IMG/VR virus record: IMGVR_UViG_3300048575_000381 | Coordinates: 1-33,173 of that record | DNA length: 33,173 nt | Source of the DNA: a virus | Lineage: Duplodnaviria; Caudoviricetes | Strand: one strand, 5' to 3' | Shown here: piece by piece, positions 1 to 9,403 of the stretch | How the letters are laid out: each line of letters begins with the position of its first letter | How positions within the stretch are numbered: the stretch's first letter is position 1 | The notes under the pieces: model-generated | Seen by the model: the letters and a program-made list of their open reading frames with translations, nothing else | Told to the model about the DNA's origin: nothing | Database searches by the model: none | Program-made: the position numbers and the translations under genes

Positions 1-1041
1 TGGAAACAGGCCCGTCAATACGGAGGCTCTGCGATCGTTTACTTCAGCAAGGGCACCGTCGGGATGGAAGAACCGATGCGGGAGAACGAAGAGGTTACGG
101 CGCTTCACGTTCTCAATAGGTTCGAGCTTCAGGCGGATACGACGTCCATCGACATGAATCCGCTTTCGCCGACGTTTCGTCTGCCAACAATTTTTCGTCT
201 GAACGTCATTCAGACCGGAAGCGCTGACCTGAACAATCTGCAAATTCATATTTCCCGCCTTGAGCTTTTCTATGGCGCTAAGTTGCCACGCCGTCTCTTC
301 ATCGAAAATGGCTACTGGCATGATTCCGTCCTCACGCGCCCTTATAACGTGATCCGCAATTACCAAACCAGTCACGACTCTTCCGCAGCAATCCTTCAAG
401 ACTTCAATGTCGGCGTTTTCAAAATGCGAAATCTCGCCGAACTTGTGTCGGCAGGAAAAGAAGATCAAATTCGGGATCGCGTTGAGCTCGCAAATTACTC
501 CAAATCGGTCATTCGCTCCCTCATCATCGACGAGTCGGAAAGCTACGAAGACAAATCTCGCACGGTCACCGGAATGCCAGAGCTCTTGAAAGCTGCTGGA
601 ACAAATCTCGTCGCACAAACTGATATTCCGCACACGAAATTACTTGGTGAAAGCCCTGACGGTTCCAATGCCACTGGCAATGCGACCATGACCTCGTGGT
701 ATGACTACGTTGATTCTCAACGCAAAGAATATCTGACTCCAAAGTTGCTTTGTCTCACGAAGAAGCTCAATCCCGACGCGCCTAAAACCATTGGCGTTAG
801 TTTCAATTCACTGTGGCAGCTCGACGACAAAGAAGAAGCTGATGTCCGCTTGAAAATTGCCCAAGCCGATGCGGTCTATCTCGATCGCGGAGTCCTTGAT
901 CCCGCAGAAGTCGCAGTTTCACGATTCGGCGGGGACAAGTATTCGATGGAAACAGAAATCGACCTTGAGGCTCGTCCAAACAGCAAGCCGGATACCAGCG
1001 GTGAAGACGATGAGGAAGACGACGACAGCGAGGCTCCATGA
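1..1041 (+). CDS. Portal protein, DUF1073-like (5'-truncated by window)
   Basis: Frame open from base 1 (WKQARQYGGSAIV); IPHTKLLGESPDGSNATG and WYDYV motifs typical of this portal family; acidic tail; precedes head morphogenesis gene. Confidence 0.85.
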   Translation, partial: WKQARQYGGSAIVYFSKGTVGMEEPMRENEEVTALHVLNRFELQADTTSIDMNPLSPTFRLPTIFRLNVIQTGSADLNNLQIHISRLELFYGAKLPRRLFIENGYWHDSVLTRPYNVIRNYQTSHDSSAAILQDFNVGVFKMRNLAELVSAGKEDQIRDRVELANYSKSVIRSLIIDESESYEDKSRTVTGMPELLKAAGTNLVAQTDIPHTKLLGESPDGSNATGNATMTSWYDYVDSQRKEYLTPKLLCLTKKLNPDAPKTIGVSFNSLWQLDDKEEADVRLKIAQADAVYLDRGVLDPAEVAVSRFGGDKYSMETEIDLEARPNSKPDTSGEDDEEDDDSEAP

Positions 1042-1928
1042 GCCGCGTAGCAAGATTTGATGCAAGTCCAACGAGTCTGATTCGCGCGCGCAAGCTTGCT
1101 AAACCTCGCCAGATAAAGCGTCTCCCAAAGCCCCTCAAGCCCATTTTCCCGCACACAGCCGAACGGCAGTACACGAAGGATCTTCTTCGGTATGTGCGTC
1201 GCGCGCACGAATTGACGAAACAACTTCTCTATCCCGCGCTTGCCAATATCATTTATGAAGTAAAATCAGCCCTTCCCAAAAGAACACGGACGGACGATGC
1301 CGTGGACGACCTTGCCGCCATTATTGCGAGAATCAGAGAGACCTTGGGGAGAGAGTTCACCGATACCGATTTGCAATTTATCGCGGACAGCATGGGCACT
1401 TCGGTTGACCAAGTGGCGCGAGCCAACTCCCGAAGACTCTTTGAGCAGTATGGGAAGTATGGGGTTGATCTTACGATTGGCTTCAATTCAAACGCTACGC
1501 GCGCCGCTCTCTCCATGAAGGTGAAAGAAAATGTTCAGCTCATCAAAACGATGTCGGATCGGCACTTCGCTTCGCTCCAGTCAAATGTCCTAAGCGCGAT
1601 CACCCAGGGTAAACGGGTTGAAGAAATCGAGTCTATTATTGATGATCGTTTCGCGTCGATGGAATCAAACGCAGAACTCATCGCGCGCGATCAAGTTGGA
1701 AAACTCAACGGGCAGCTCACGGAAATGACTCAGACTGAAATGGGTCTTACTCGTTACCGATGGCGCGGAGTTGGCGATCAACGCGAGCGCGACAGTCATC
1801 GCGCACTCGAAGGAGAAACTTTTTCCTGGGCTGATCCTCCAGTTGTTGACGGAGAATCAGTAAATCCAGGGATGGCAATTCAATGCCGATGCTACGCTGA
1901 ACCAGTCATCGAAGACCTTCTCGACTGA
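1038..1928 (+). CDS. Head morphogenesis / minor head protein (Mu gpF / SPP1 gp7 family)
   Basis: IARDQVGKLNG, YRWRGVGDQRERDSH and PGMAIQCRC motifs; ATGA overlap with portal. Confidence 0.9.
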   Translation: MSRVARFDASPTSLIRARKLAKPRQIKRLPKPLKPIFPHTAERQYTKDLLRYVRRAHELTKQLLYPALANIIYEVKSALPKRTRTDDAVDDLAAIIARIRETLGREFTDTDLQFIADSMGTSVDQVARANSRRLFEQYGKYGVDLTIGFNSNATRAALSMKVKENVQLIKTMSDRHFASLQSNVLSAITQGKRVEEIESIIDDRFASMESNAELIARDQVGKLNGQLTEMTQTEMGLTRYRWRGVGDQRERDSHRALEGETFSWADPPVVDGESVNPGMAIQCRCYAEPVIEDLLD

Positions 1929-1934
1929 CGAACT

Positions 1935-1963
1935 CTCGACATGTTGAAAACGAAGCGGTGAAA
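1935..1963 (+). promoter_or_regulatory. Palindromic intergenic motif, copy 1 (putative late-regulator site)
   Basis: ctcgacatgttgaaaacgaagcggtgaaa, matches copies at 18472 and 20144. Confidence 0.6.
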
Positions 1964-2003
1964 AGCTCTTTGCTCCGGTGAAAAATAATTTCATCGAGGC
2001 AAG

Positions 2004-3218
2004 ATGAGCAAACAAGTTCTACGATTTGATCGCGGAAATTTTGAGTCAGCAGAACGGACCCCACAAGGGTTTCTGCGCGTTCCCGCTTACGTCACACGCG
2101 CTGGCGTATTCACCTACAAAACCGGAGACGGAAAAACGATCCGTGAATTTCGGCCCGCCGCTGAGGTCTTCAGCAAAGAATCAATGGATTCGCTCGCTGG
2201 AGCACCTGTCACTCTCAAGCATCCACCAGCGATGCTCACTCCTAAAAACGTAAAACAATATCAAGTCGGTTACGCAGTCGAACAGCCGCGCCAGGATGGA
2301 GACAAAATTTCTATCCCGCTCGTCGTTGCTGATGAAGGCGCAATCAACGCCGTCGAGAAATCAGGTTTGCGCGAAGTTTCCTGCGGATACTACGCGGATT
2401 CGGTCGCTGAACCTGGAGAGTTTGAAGGTCAAGCCTACGACTTCGTTCAAAAGAACATTCGCTACAACCACATAGCAATTGTCGAAAAAGGACGCGCGGG
2501 CCGCGACGTGCGAATTCGCCTCGATGCGGAAGATGCAGTCATGAAACTCGACGCGGAAGAAGTCGAAGAAGAACCAATCATTAACAAGGAACCAGAGGAG
2601 GAACCAAAAGTGGAAAACATCACGATCAATGGAAAGGAGTTTCAGGTCAGTCCCGAACTGAAAACGGCCATTTCTGCGGAGTTGAATAAGTCCAAGGAAA
2701 CGATGGACGAGTTCAACAAAACCAAGGAACAGGTCACGACTCTCCAGAAAGAGAAAGAGGATCTGACCAAGGCTCAAGAAGCGACCCAAGCAAAGCTTGA
2801 TGTCGCAACCGAAGAACTCAAAAAGCGCACGGATTCGGCTCCAGACGAAAAGAAAGTCCGTGAGCTTGCGAAAGCTCGCATGGGTCTGGAGAAAATTGCC
2901 ACCCACGTTCTTCCCAAAGAGCAAATCGAAAAGCTTGATTCGATGAGCGACACCGAAATCAAGCGCGCCGTCATCATGGTGGACAGTCCTACGGCGCAAC
3001 TCGAAGGCAAATCGGATGTCTACATCGAAACCCGTTTTGACTCCGTGGCCGAGAAAGTTCGTGCCCGCGACGAGTTCAATAACAATTTCGGAAAAGCAGT
3101 GACGGTCCACGACATCCGAAAAGATGAGTCTCAGCCCGATCCCGATGCCGCGCGAAGAAAGTCCCGCGAGGCAGACGAGAAGGAATGGCAGAAACCTCTA
3201 TCGGCCACGAAAGCGTAA
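2004..3218 (+). CDS. Prohead protease/scaffold, DUF2213-like
   Basis: RTPQGFL, PVTLKHP, EVSCGY, NHIAIVEKGRAG motifs; charged coiled-coil C-terminus. Confidence 0.88.
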   Translation: MSKQVLRFDRGNFESAERTPQGFLRVPAYVTRAGVFTYKTGDGKTIREFRPAAEVFSKESMDSLAGAPVTLKHPPAMLTPKNVKQYQVGYAVEQPRQDGDKISIPLVVADEGAINAVEKSGLREVSCGYYADSVAEPGEFEGQAYDFVQKNIRYNHIAIVEKGRAGRDVRIRLDAEDAVMKLDAEEVEEEPIINKEPEEEPKVENITINGKEFQVSPELKTAISAELNKSKETMDEFNKTKEQVTTLQKEKEDLTKAQEATQAKLDVATEELKKRTDSAPDEKKVRELAKARMGLEKIATHVLPKEQIEKLDSMSDTEIKRAVIMVDSPTAQLEGKSDVYIETRFDSVAEKVRARDEFNNNFGKAVTVHDIRKDESQPDPDAARRKSREADEKEWQKPLSATKA

Positions 3219-3230
3219 AGGAGAAAAATC

Positions 3231-3719
3231 ATGAGCCAAACCAGTTATTCGCAAAACATGTCCCCCGTAGCCGTTGAGGGGCAACTCGCTGACAGCGGCT
3301 TAACCGACAAAATGAGCATTCCCTGTGCGGCAGCAATGCCTTTCGGGAAGCTCGTCGTTCGAGACACCGCTGACCTGACCGGCAAACTTCCGGCTGCGGA
3401 AACCGATGTCACGAACAAGAAGAAGGTTCTCGGTCTGTCCATTTCGACCCAGGCACTTTCTCAAGACCCTTCGGTCGCAAACCCACAGTACCCCGCGAAG
3501 TCGGTAGTTCCGGTTCTTAAAAAAGGACGCGCGGGGGTGAAGGTCGAAGGCAACGTGAATCCAGACTCGGACGTTTACGTTCGTTACGCCGCTGGAGGCA
3601 ACGGTCCCGGAAGCTTTAGCGGAGCACTCGTTTCGGATGCGACCGCAATCGTGAACGGCGCTCGTTACCTAACGACCGCGCTGGCAAACAACTTCGCGCT
3701 TTTAGAAGCGGATTTTTAA
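3231..3719 (+). CDS. Capsid decoration/cement protein
   Basis: 162 aa between protease and major capsid gene; AAGGAG Shine-Dalgarno (SD); PFGKLV and VLKKGR motifs. Confidence 0.75.
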   Translation: MSQTSYSQNMSPVAVEGQLADSGLTDKMSIPCAAAMPFGKLVVRDTADLTGKLPAAETDVTNKKKVLGLSISTQALSQDPSVANPQYPAKSVVPVLKKGRAGVKVEGNVNPDSDVYVRYAAGGNGPGSFSGALVSDATAIVNGARYLTTALANNFALLEADF

Positions 3720-3738
3720 ACGAAAGGACGGATGAGCA

Positions 3739-4674
3739 ATGAAGAAAATTTATGAACAGCTCCCTCACTTGGATGCAGACGAAAGCGCCTTCTTCCAGCG
3801 TGAGTTGGAGTTCATCAAATCAAAGACGTTTGACGTAAAGTATGCCGAGCTAAAAGCACGGCGACTTTTCCCCCTGAACCCCGAAGCCGATCCCGGTGCT
3901 ACCGAGATCACTTATTACCAGTACGACCAAGCTGGTATGGCGAAGATCATCGCAAACTACGCGGACGATCTTCCTCGCGTGGACATCAAGGGCAAGAAGT
4001 TCACCTCTTCGGTCAAGGAATTGGGAGCCGCCTACGGCTACACGATCAAAGAGATCCGCGCCTCGAAAATGGCGAACAAAAAAATCGACCAGCGCAGAGC
4101 AAACGCCGCAAGGCGCGCCATTGCGCAGGCCGAGAACAAGTACGCCTTCGCGGGCGACGCGGGAACGGGTCTTCCCGGATTTTTGAGCAACCCCAACATC
4201 AGTTCGGTCACCATTCCGAACGATGGCACGGGCTCCTCGAAACTCTGGTCCGCGAAAACTCCCGCGCAAATCATTCGTGATTTGAACTTGGTTGCAAACA
4301 CCATTGTCTCGAACACGAAAGGCGTTGAGGTGCCGGACACGTTGCTCTTGCCGGTGGACAAATACACGTACATCGCAAGCACTCCGCGCTCGGACAACTC
4401 GGACACCACGATCCTCAAATACTTCCTGATGAATAACCCGTTCATCAAGAACGTGGATTGGGTGAACGAGCTTACGGGAGCGGGAGCTGGCAGCACTGAC
4501 CGGATGATGGCTTACCGCCGTGATCCCGATGCGCTCACGCTCGAAGTTCCATCCGACTTTGAACAGCTCGAAGTCGAAAAGCGGAACCTGGAGTTCGTGA
4601 TCGACTGCCTCGAATCTTTCGGTGGCGTCATCATCTACTACCCGATGAGCGTGGCTTACGGCGACGGAATCTAA
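3739..4674 (+). CDS. Major capsid protein, DUF2184-like
   Basis: FFQRELEFI, DDLPRVD, GFLSNPN, GGVIIYYP..DGI motifs; position in operon. Confidence 0.9.
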   Translation: MKKIYEQLPHLDADESAFFQRELEFIKSKTFDVKYAELKARRLFPLNPEADPGATEITYYQYDQAGMAKIIANYADDLPRVDIKGKKFTSSVKELGAAYGYTIKEIRASKMANKKIDQRRANAARRAIAQAENKYAFAGDAGTGLPGFLSNPNISSVTIPNDGTGSSKLWSAKTPAQIIRDLNLVANTIVSNTKGVEVPDTLLLPVDKYTYIASTPRSDNSDTTILKYFLMNNPFIKNVDWVNELTGAGAGSTDRMMAYRRDPDALTLEVPSDFEQLEVEKRNLEFVIDCLESFGGVIIYYPMSVAYGDGI

Positions 4675-4681
4675 ACCAAAC

Positions 4682-4774
4682 TCAGACCGTCATTTTTTGG
4701 CGGTCTGAAAGGAGCGAGACGCGGAACTCGAATTTTTGAGGTCGGCACTCCTCCGTTTTTAAAACTTTGAGGAG
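4682..4774 (+). promoter_or_regulatory. Structured intergenic region after capsid gene (11-bp hairpin plus anti-SD element)
   Basis: tcagaccgtca/tggcggtctga stem at 4682-4708; ctcctc at 4748-4753 is complementary to SD gaggag at 4769-4774. Confidence 0.5.
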
Positions 4775-4779
4775 AAAAA

Positions 4780-5256
4780 ATGATCGTAGTTTACAACCGA
4801 CCGAATGTTCATTTCGCGTATGGCATCAAACTGATTCCAGGAGTCAATCACATTGACCCGCGACTCTGGGAGATCGCCAAGAAGGATCAGGAAATTCAGC
4901 ACTTCATCAAAAATGGCGTGCTGACTTTACCCGAGGCCGATGACAAATCCAAAAACCCAGAAAGCACTGTTACCACTCTGACCGAGGAAGAACGTCAGAA
5001 AATGGAGGCGAAAGCCTTTGGTGACAACCGCGAGGGTATCAATCCCAATGCGCCCGCCGAGGATCTTAGCGAGCTGGAGCCGTTGACTCGTTTCAACGAG
5101 AAAAAGGCTCTCGGCATCGTCGCGGAAACCTTCAAGGTCGATATTCTTCAAGCCTGGTTGACCACGGAAACTCGTTTCAAGGTCAAGCGCGCCATCGAAG
5201 AACAGATTTTGAAAATGGACAAGGTGGGAACACCCGAACAGACGCAGGAGGCGTGA
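4780..5256 (+). CDS. Hypothetical virion-module protein
   Basis: Strong SD GAGGAG; 158 aa; position after major capsid gene. Confidence 0.75.
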   Translation: MIVVYNRPNVHFAYGIKLIPGVNHIDPRLWEIAKKDQEIQHFIKNGVLTLPEADDKSKNPESTVTTLTEEERQKMEAKAFGDNREGINPNAPAEDLSELEPLTRFNEKKALGIVAETFKVDILQAWLTTETRFKVKRAIEEQILKMDKVGTPEQTQEA

Positions 5257-5262
5257 TCCGAC

Positions 5263-5637
5263 ATGGAAGCCACTGCGGGAAATATCAAAGCTCTCTTCCC
5301 AGAATTTAATGCCGTTGCCGATCAGCGAATCGAATCTTTTATCGAGGTCGCCAAGCTCTCGGTCGCGGAAAAAGTCTGGGGAAATAGCTATGGCGTAGGG
5401 GTTTCCTATCTTGTCGCGCATCTCTTGAAGAGATCGGGTGCGGGTGCTGGCGTCGTGGGCGGATCGTCCAACGCTGGCACCGTCACTTCCGAAAAAGTTG
5501 GCGAGCTCCAGCGAAGCTATGCTCTGCCAAATTTCTCTGGCGGCTCCGCAGAGGATTCACTCTTAGCAACCACGTCTTACGGAATGGAGTTTCTGCGCTT
5601 ACGCCGTCAGATCCTCGTTACCCCAATGGTGACCTGA
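5263..5637 (+). CDS. Head-tail adaptor, DUF4054-like
   Basis: FPEF, LVAHLL, SEKVGELQRSY, TSYGMEF motifs. Confidence 0.85.
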   Translation: MEATAGNIKALFPEFNAVADQRIESFIEVAKLSVAEKVWGNSYGVGVSYLVAHLLKRSGAGAGVVGGSSNAGTVTSEKVGELQRSYALPNFSGGSAEDSLLATTSYGMEFLRLRRQILVTPMVT

Positions 5638-5639
5638 CG

Positions 5640-6146
5640 ATGGCAAAGTTCAAGGTGATCGACAAAGATAAAGGGTGGAAGAAGATAGCGGCAGAACTGA
5701 AAAAGGCTGCCACTAAGCCCTATGTCAAAGTTGGTTTCATCGGCGATAGCGGCGCGGCCACTCACAAGGATTCGCCGCTAACAGTCGCGGGCATTGCCGC
5801 GATTCACGAGTACGGCGCTCCAGAGCAGAACATTCCAGAGCGCAGCTTCATCCGTGGAACCATTGAAGCCCGCAGCAACGAAGTTCAAGGGTTCATCGAC
5901 CATCAGAACAAATCCGTTTTGCTTCAAAAGATTAACGTCAGGGAGGCCCTTGGACGTCTCGGCCTTTTTGTCGTGGCATTGATTAAAGATCGCATCGTCA
6001 AGGAGCACATTCCTCCGCCGCTGAAGGAATCCACGATCAAAGCAAAGACACGCGACGGGAAAACCGGCGAAGTCCCACTCGTAAACACCGCGCAAATGCT
6101 CAATTCCATTCGTCACGAGGTTGTAATGAATGGAGGTGGCGAATGA
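5640..6146 (+). CDS. Neck / tail-completion protein (HK97 gp10-like)
   Basis: IAAIHEYGA, IPERSFIR, PPLKESTI..K, PLVNTAQM motifs. Confidence 0.8.
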   Translation: MAKFKVIDKDKGWKKIAAELKKAATKPYVKVGFIGDSGAATHKDSPLTVAGIAAIHEYGAPEQNIPERSFIRGTIEARSNEVQGFIDHQNKSVLLQKINVREALGRLGLFVVALIKDRIVKEHIPPPLKESTIKAKTRDGKTGEVPLVNTAQMLNSIRHEVVMNGGGE

Positions 6147-6505
6147 TCGAATCATTTGCGACTGGCACCTATGCTGTTCGTCGCCCCATCGCAAATGGCG
6201 CGTATGTGGAAGGGATTTATCAGCCTTCCGCGACGGAGACCATTCAAGTGCTTGGTTCTTTGCAACCGCTTTCCGCGAAAGATTCTCTTTTGCTTCCCGA
6301 GAACGAACGTAACCGCGAGTCGTTCAGTCTCTTTACTGAAATAGAGCTCTCTCCAGCCAGTGAAGACGGTCTCAGGCAGGCCGATGTCGTGGAAGTAAAT
6401 GGCGAAGATTTTCTTGTCCGCTCTGTCGAGCGTTGGCGCAACGTGGATCTCCCATACTTCAAAGCCCTCATCCAAAGAGTGAACGACCAGGAGGACTCGC
6501 CATGA
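6143..6505 (+). CDS. Head closure protein (putative)
   Basis: 120 aa, SLQP..LLPE motif, ATGA coupling, synteny. Confidence 0.65.
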   Translation: MIESFATGTYAVRRPIANGAYVEGIYQPSATETIQVLGSLQPLSAKDSLLLPENERNRESFSLFTEIELSPASEDGLRQADVVEVNGEDFLVRSVERWRNVDLPYFKALIQRVNDQEDSP

Positions 6506-7020
6506 GTGCCTTAACGGTCGCGCAGTTCAAAGCAGCCGTGTGGCGATTCGTTTCGAGCCAGGTTGTTTCGCTCGTTCCCAACGATCGCGTCGTCTGGATG
6601 GAGCAAGGATCGCCACGCCCGAAACTTCCGTATGTGGGTTTGAAGGTCATCGCTGGACCGAGGACATATGGCGACGATGATATGCGCCAAATTGATCCCG
6701 GCACCTATTCCATTGAAGGGCAGCGCGCGCTCACTGTTTCGGTGAACATTTTCGGAGACAACGCCGAGGAAATTTCGGCGGTCATCACCAACGCGATGTC
6801 GAAACCCTCCGCTCTGGAAGCTTTGGCCGCAGATTCGATTTCCATTCTTACAAACACGGCACCACAAAACGTAAGCGTTCCGCTCGAAACCAAATTTGAA
6901 AACAGAATTCAATTCGACATCGACTTTGGCTGCGTCATGGCGACCACGGATGACGTCGGATTCATTGAACAGACAGGAATTGTGAACACCACAAGCGGAG
7001 ATCAGACGGAAATCGGCTGA
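6502..7020 (+). CDS. Tail terminator / neck protein (putative)
   Basis: Start re-called to ATG 6502 (AGGAGG SD, ATGA overlap); PRPKLPY motif; immediately before sheath. Confidence 0.7.
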   Translation: MSALTVAQFKAAVWRFVSSQVVSLVPNDRVVWMEQGSPRPKLPYVGLKVIAGPRTYGDDDMRQIDPGTYSIEGQRALTVSVNIFGDNAEEISAVITNAMSKPSALEALAADSISILTNTAPQNVSVPLETKFENRIQFDIDFGCVMATTDDVGFIEQTGIVNTTSGDQTEIG

Positions 7021-7042
7021 CGCTTACAAGGAGGAAAAAACC

Positions 7043-8335
7043 ATGAGCTTAGATCAAATTGTCGATGTCCAGATTACCTTGGGTAGCAAATCCGTCACCC
7101 GTGCGGGTTTCGGTACTCCTTTGGTTCTCGGACCAAACGCCGACTTCGGCGGCGATCTTGTCAGGACTTACACGAATCTTCCCGCTGTCGCGGAAGATTT
7201 TGAAACGACCGATGACGAATACAAATGGGCGCAGCGCCTCTTTTCTCAGGAAAAGAAGCCGAAGCAAATCCTCATTGGAAAACGAGCGGCAGCCGTCGCC
7301 CAGGTGGAAACCCTTACTCCGACCGTGCAGAACAGCACCCTCTATCGCGTTTCGATCAACGGGGTTGACTACGAGTTCACCTCAGATGCGGACGCCACCG
7401 CAGCGGAAATCGTGGCAGGTCTTATCGCCCTCATCAATGGCGATGCGAACGCCAAGATGACTGCTTCCGGTACGACGACGCTCATTCTGACCGCCGACAA
7501 CGCGGGTGAAGCGAACGCCGTCAGCGCATCGGCAAACCTTACTATCGCGCACACGACGCCGAACCACGGAGTCGTTGAGGACATTCAAGCGATCCAGCAG
7601 GTCAACGACGACTGGTATTGCCTGATTCTCACCTCCAGAACAGCCTACGAGATCCTTCAGGCGGCCTCTTACATCGAAGCGTTGAGGAAGATTTTTATCG
7701 CCGCAAGCGACGATGCCGCAGTCAAAACCGCGAGCACGACCGACCTCGGAAGCCAACTCAAGCAAAAGACCTATAATCGAACAGCCCTTCTCTGGAGTGG
7801 CGACGAAGAGAGTGGGCCCGACGCTGCCTGGGCAGGAAGGAAACTTCCGACAGATCCGGGCTCCGAACAATGGAGGTACGCAAGCCTTTCGGGGATCACG
7901 CCGGATGTCCTCACGGGCACGGAACAAACGAACCTCAACGGCAAGAACGTCAACCACTATACGACCGTGGGTGGAGTCGGAATTGTCCAAAAAGGAAAGA
8001 TGGCAAGCGGTCAATGGATCGACGTGACCCGTTTCCTGGATTGGTTCACGGCTCGCGTTCAGGAAGGAATCTATGCGCTCCTGGTGAGCGTTGAAAAGGT
8101 TCCTTATACCGACGGCGGAGTGACCTCTCTTGAGGCCATTGTCAGGGCAAAAATCGAGGAAGGAATTCGTGTGGGCGGTATCTCGCGCGAAGACGGATAC
8201 ACCGTCACTTCCCAGAAAGTTGCCGAAGTCGATCCGCAACTTCGCAATGACCGCATTTTCCCAGACATCGAATTTGAATTCCGTCTCGCTGGAGCCATCG
8301 GCGAAGTCACGGTCAAGGGCTTTGTCTCAGTGTAA
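7043..8335 (+). CDS. Tail sheath protein, DUF3383-like
   Basis: IVDVQI..GFGTPL N-terminus; GKMASGQWID, KVPYTDGG, LAGAI motifs. Confidence 0.9.
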   Translation: MSLDQIVDVQITLGSKSVTRAGFGTPLVLGPNADFGGDLVRTYTNLPAVAEDFETTDDEYKWAQRLFSQEKKPKQILIGKRAAAVAQVETLTPTVQNSTLYRVSINGVDYEFTSDADATAAEIVAGLIALINGDANAKMTASGTTTLILTADNAGEANAVSASANLTIAHTTPNHGVVEDIQAIQQVNDDWYCLILTSRTAYEILQAASYIEALRKIFIAASDDAAVKTASTTDLGSQLKQKTYNRTALLWSGDEESGPDAAWAGRKLPTDPGSEQWRYASLSGITPDVLTGTEQTNLNGKNVNHYTTVGGVGIVQKGKMASGQWIDVTRFLDWFTARVQEGIYALLVSVEKVPYTDGGVTSLEAIVRAKIEEGIRVGGISREDGYTVTSQKVAEVDPQLRNDRIFPDIEFEFRLAGAIGEVTVKGFVSV

Positions 8336-8352
8336 CCGAGGAGGAACTTTAA

Positions 8353-8769
8353 ATGAAAACATACGATCCAAGCCAAGTCGTAGCCACAGTGGGAGGGAGA
8401 CCTCTCGCGGGTTTCGCTCCTGGAACCTTCATCGAAGCCGAGCGCGCCGAAGATGCTTACGCGATGACCGTCGGAATCGACGGCGAAGGCACTCGCTCTA
8501 AGTCGAACAACAAATCTGGAACGGTCAAGTTCACGCTGCTTTCGAGCAGTGACTCGAACGACATCCTTTCCGGCTTTGCGGCCGCCGACGAGTTGAATAA
8601 CGGCGGTCTCGTGCCGGTGCTCATCAAGGATCTCAGCGGTCGCGCGTTGATTGCGTGCGAACAAGCCTACGTGAAGAAGTTGCCGGTTCTTGGCTTCGAC
8701 AACGAAGTCCGCGAGGTCGAATGGACCTTTGAAACCGACAACCTCCAACTTTTCTTGGGAGGTAATTAA
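8353..8769 (+). CDS. Tail tube protein, DUF3277-like
   Basis: TYDP, VGIDGE, TLLSSSDSNDIL, EWTF motifs; follows sheath. Confidence 0.88.
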   Translation: MKTYDPSQVVATVGGRPLAGFAPGTFIEAERAEDAYAMTVGIDGEGTRSKSNNKSGTVKFTLLSSSDSNDILSGFAAADELNNGGLVPVLIKDLSGRALIACEQAYVKKLPVLGFDNEVREVEWTFETDNLQLFLGGN

Positions 8770-9242
8770 TGCGTTTTGAAGAGGACTTTGATCTCGACGG
8801 CGAGAAATACAAGGTGAAGCACTTCTCAGCCACGCGCGGAACGAAAATCTTTTCGCGCCTGGTGAAATTCGCGGGCGAACCCATCGCCAAATTCTTGAGC
8901 GCCGGAAAAGCCCTCAAAGAAAACGACGACGTTGCCGCAAACGCGGTTCTCGGTCAGGCAATCAGCGCTTTGAGCGCTCGCATTGACGAGAACGAAGTCG
9001 AAACCCTCGTCAAAGATATTCTCGATTCGGTCCAGGTGATTGACGCGAAAAGCGGAAAGCTCCGCGCAGTCGGTGGCGAGTATTTCGATGTCCATTTTCA
9101 GGGGCGCATTGGTCACATGTTCAAGCTCGTTGGGCGAACGGTGGCTTTTCAATACAGCGATTTTTTAGGCGATCTCGCGGGGCTTCAAGGGCTTCAAAAC
9201 CTCGCGAGCAAAGCGGAGGCCTCCGTTGCCCAGAGCACCTGA
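8769..9242 (+). CDS. Tail assembly chaperone (gpG-like)
   Basis: Between tube and tape measure; contains slippery T TTT TTA at 9161-9167. Confidence 0.8.
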   Translation: MRFEEDFDLDGEKYKVKHFSATRGTKIFSRLVKFAGEPIAKFLSAGKALKENDDVAANAVLGQAISALSARIDENEVETLVKDILDSVQVIDAKSGKLRAVGGEYFDVHFQGRIGHMFKLVGRTVAFQYSDFLGDLAGLQGLQNLASKAEASVAQST

Positions 9243-9403
9243 GCTGGCCGGTTTGGAGAGTCATCATCTCTGGGATGGCGACCCTCCGGGAGATTGAGGA
9301 GCATTGGTCGATCCTCGATCTCTTGGACGCAAACGAAGCTCTTGATCTCGACCAGGAAGCGAAACGAAAGGCGGAAGAAAGAGCTGCCAAGGGGCGAAAA
9401 TGA
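9161..9403 (+). CDS. -1 frameshift extension of tail chaperone (gpGT-like), not in ORF track
   Basis: -1 frame open 9167-9403 (..WPVWRVIISGMATLREIEEHWSILDLLDANEALD..); its TGA overlaps tape measure ATG. Confidence 0.8.
   Translation, partial: FFRRSRGASRASKPREQSGGLRCPEHLSWPVWRVIISGMATLREIEEHWSILDLLDANEALDLDQEAKRKAEERAAKGRK

Noticed and set aside
1-1041. Anti-CBASS Acb1 label sometimes attached to DUF1073 proteins
   Set aside because: Position and motifs fit a portal; no paired HxT/S phosphoesterase motifs recognised in the visible part
2361-3110. Long antisense ORFs (also 7382-8239, 8104-8748, 14455-15063, 19565-20179, 31647-32234)
   Set aside because: They shadow well-supported + strand genes and have no motifs; expected from codon bias
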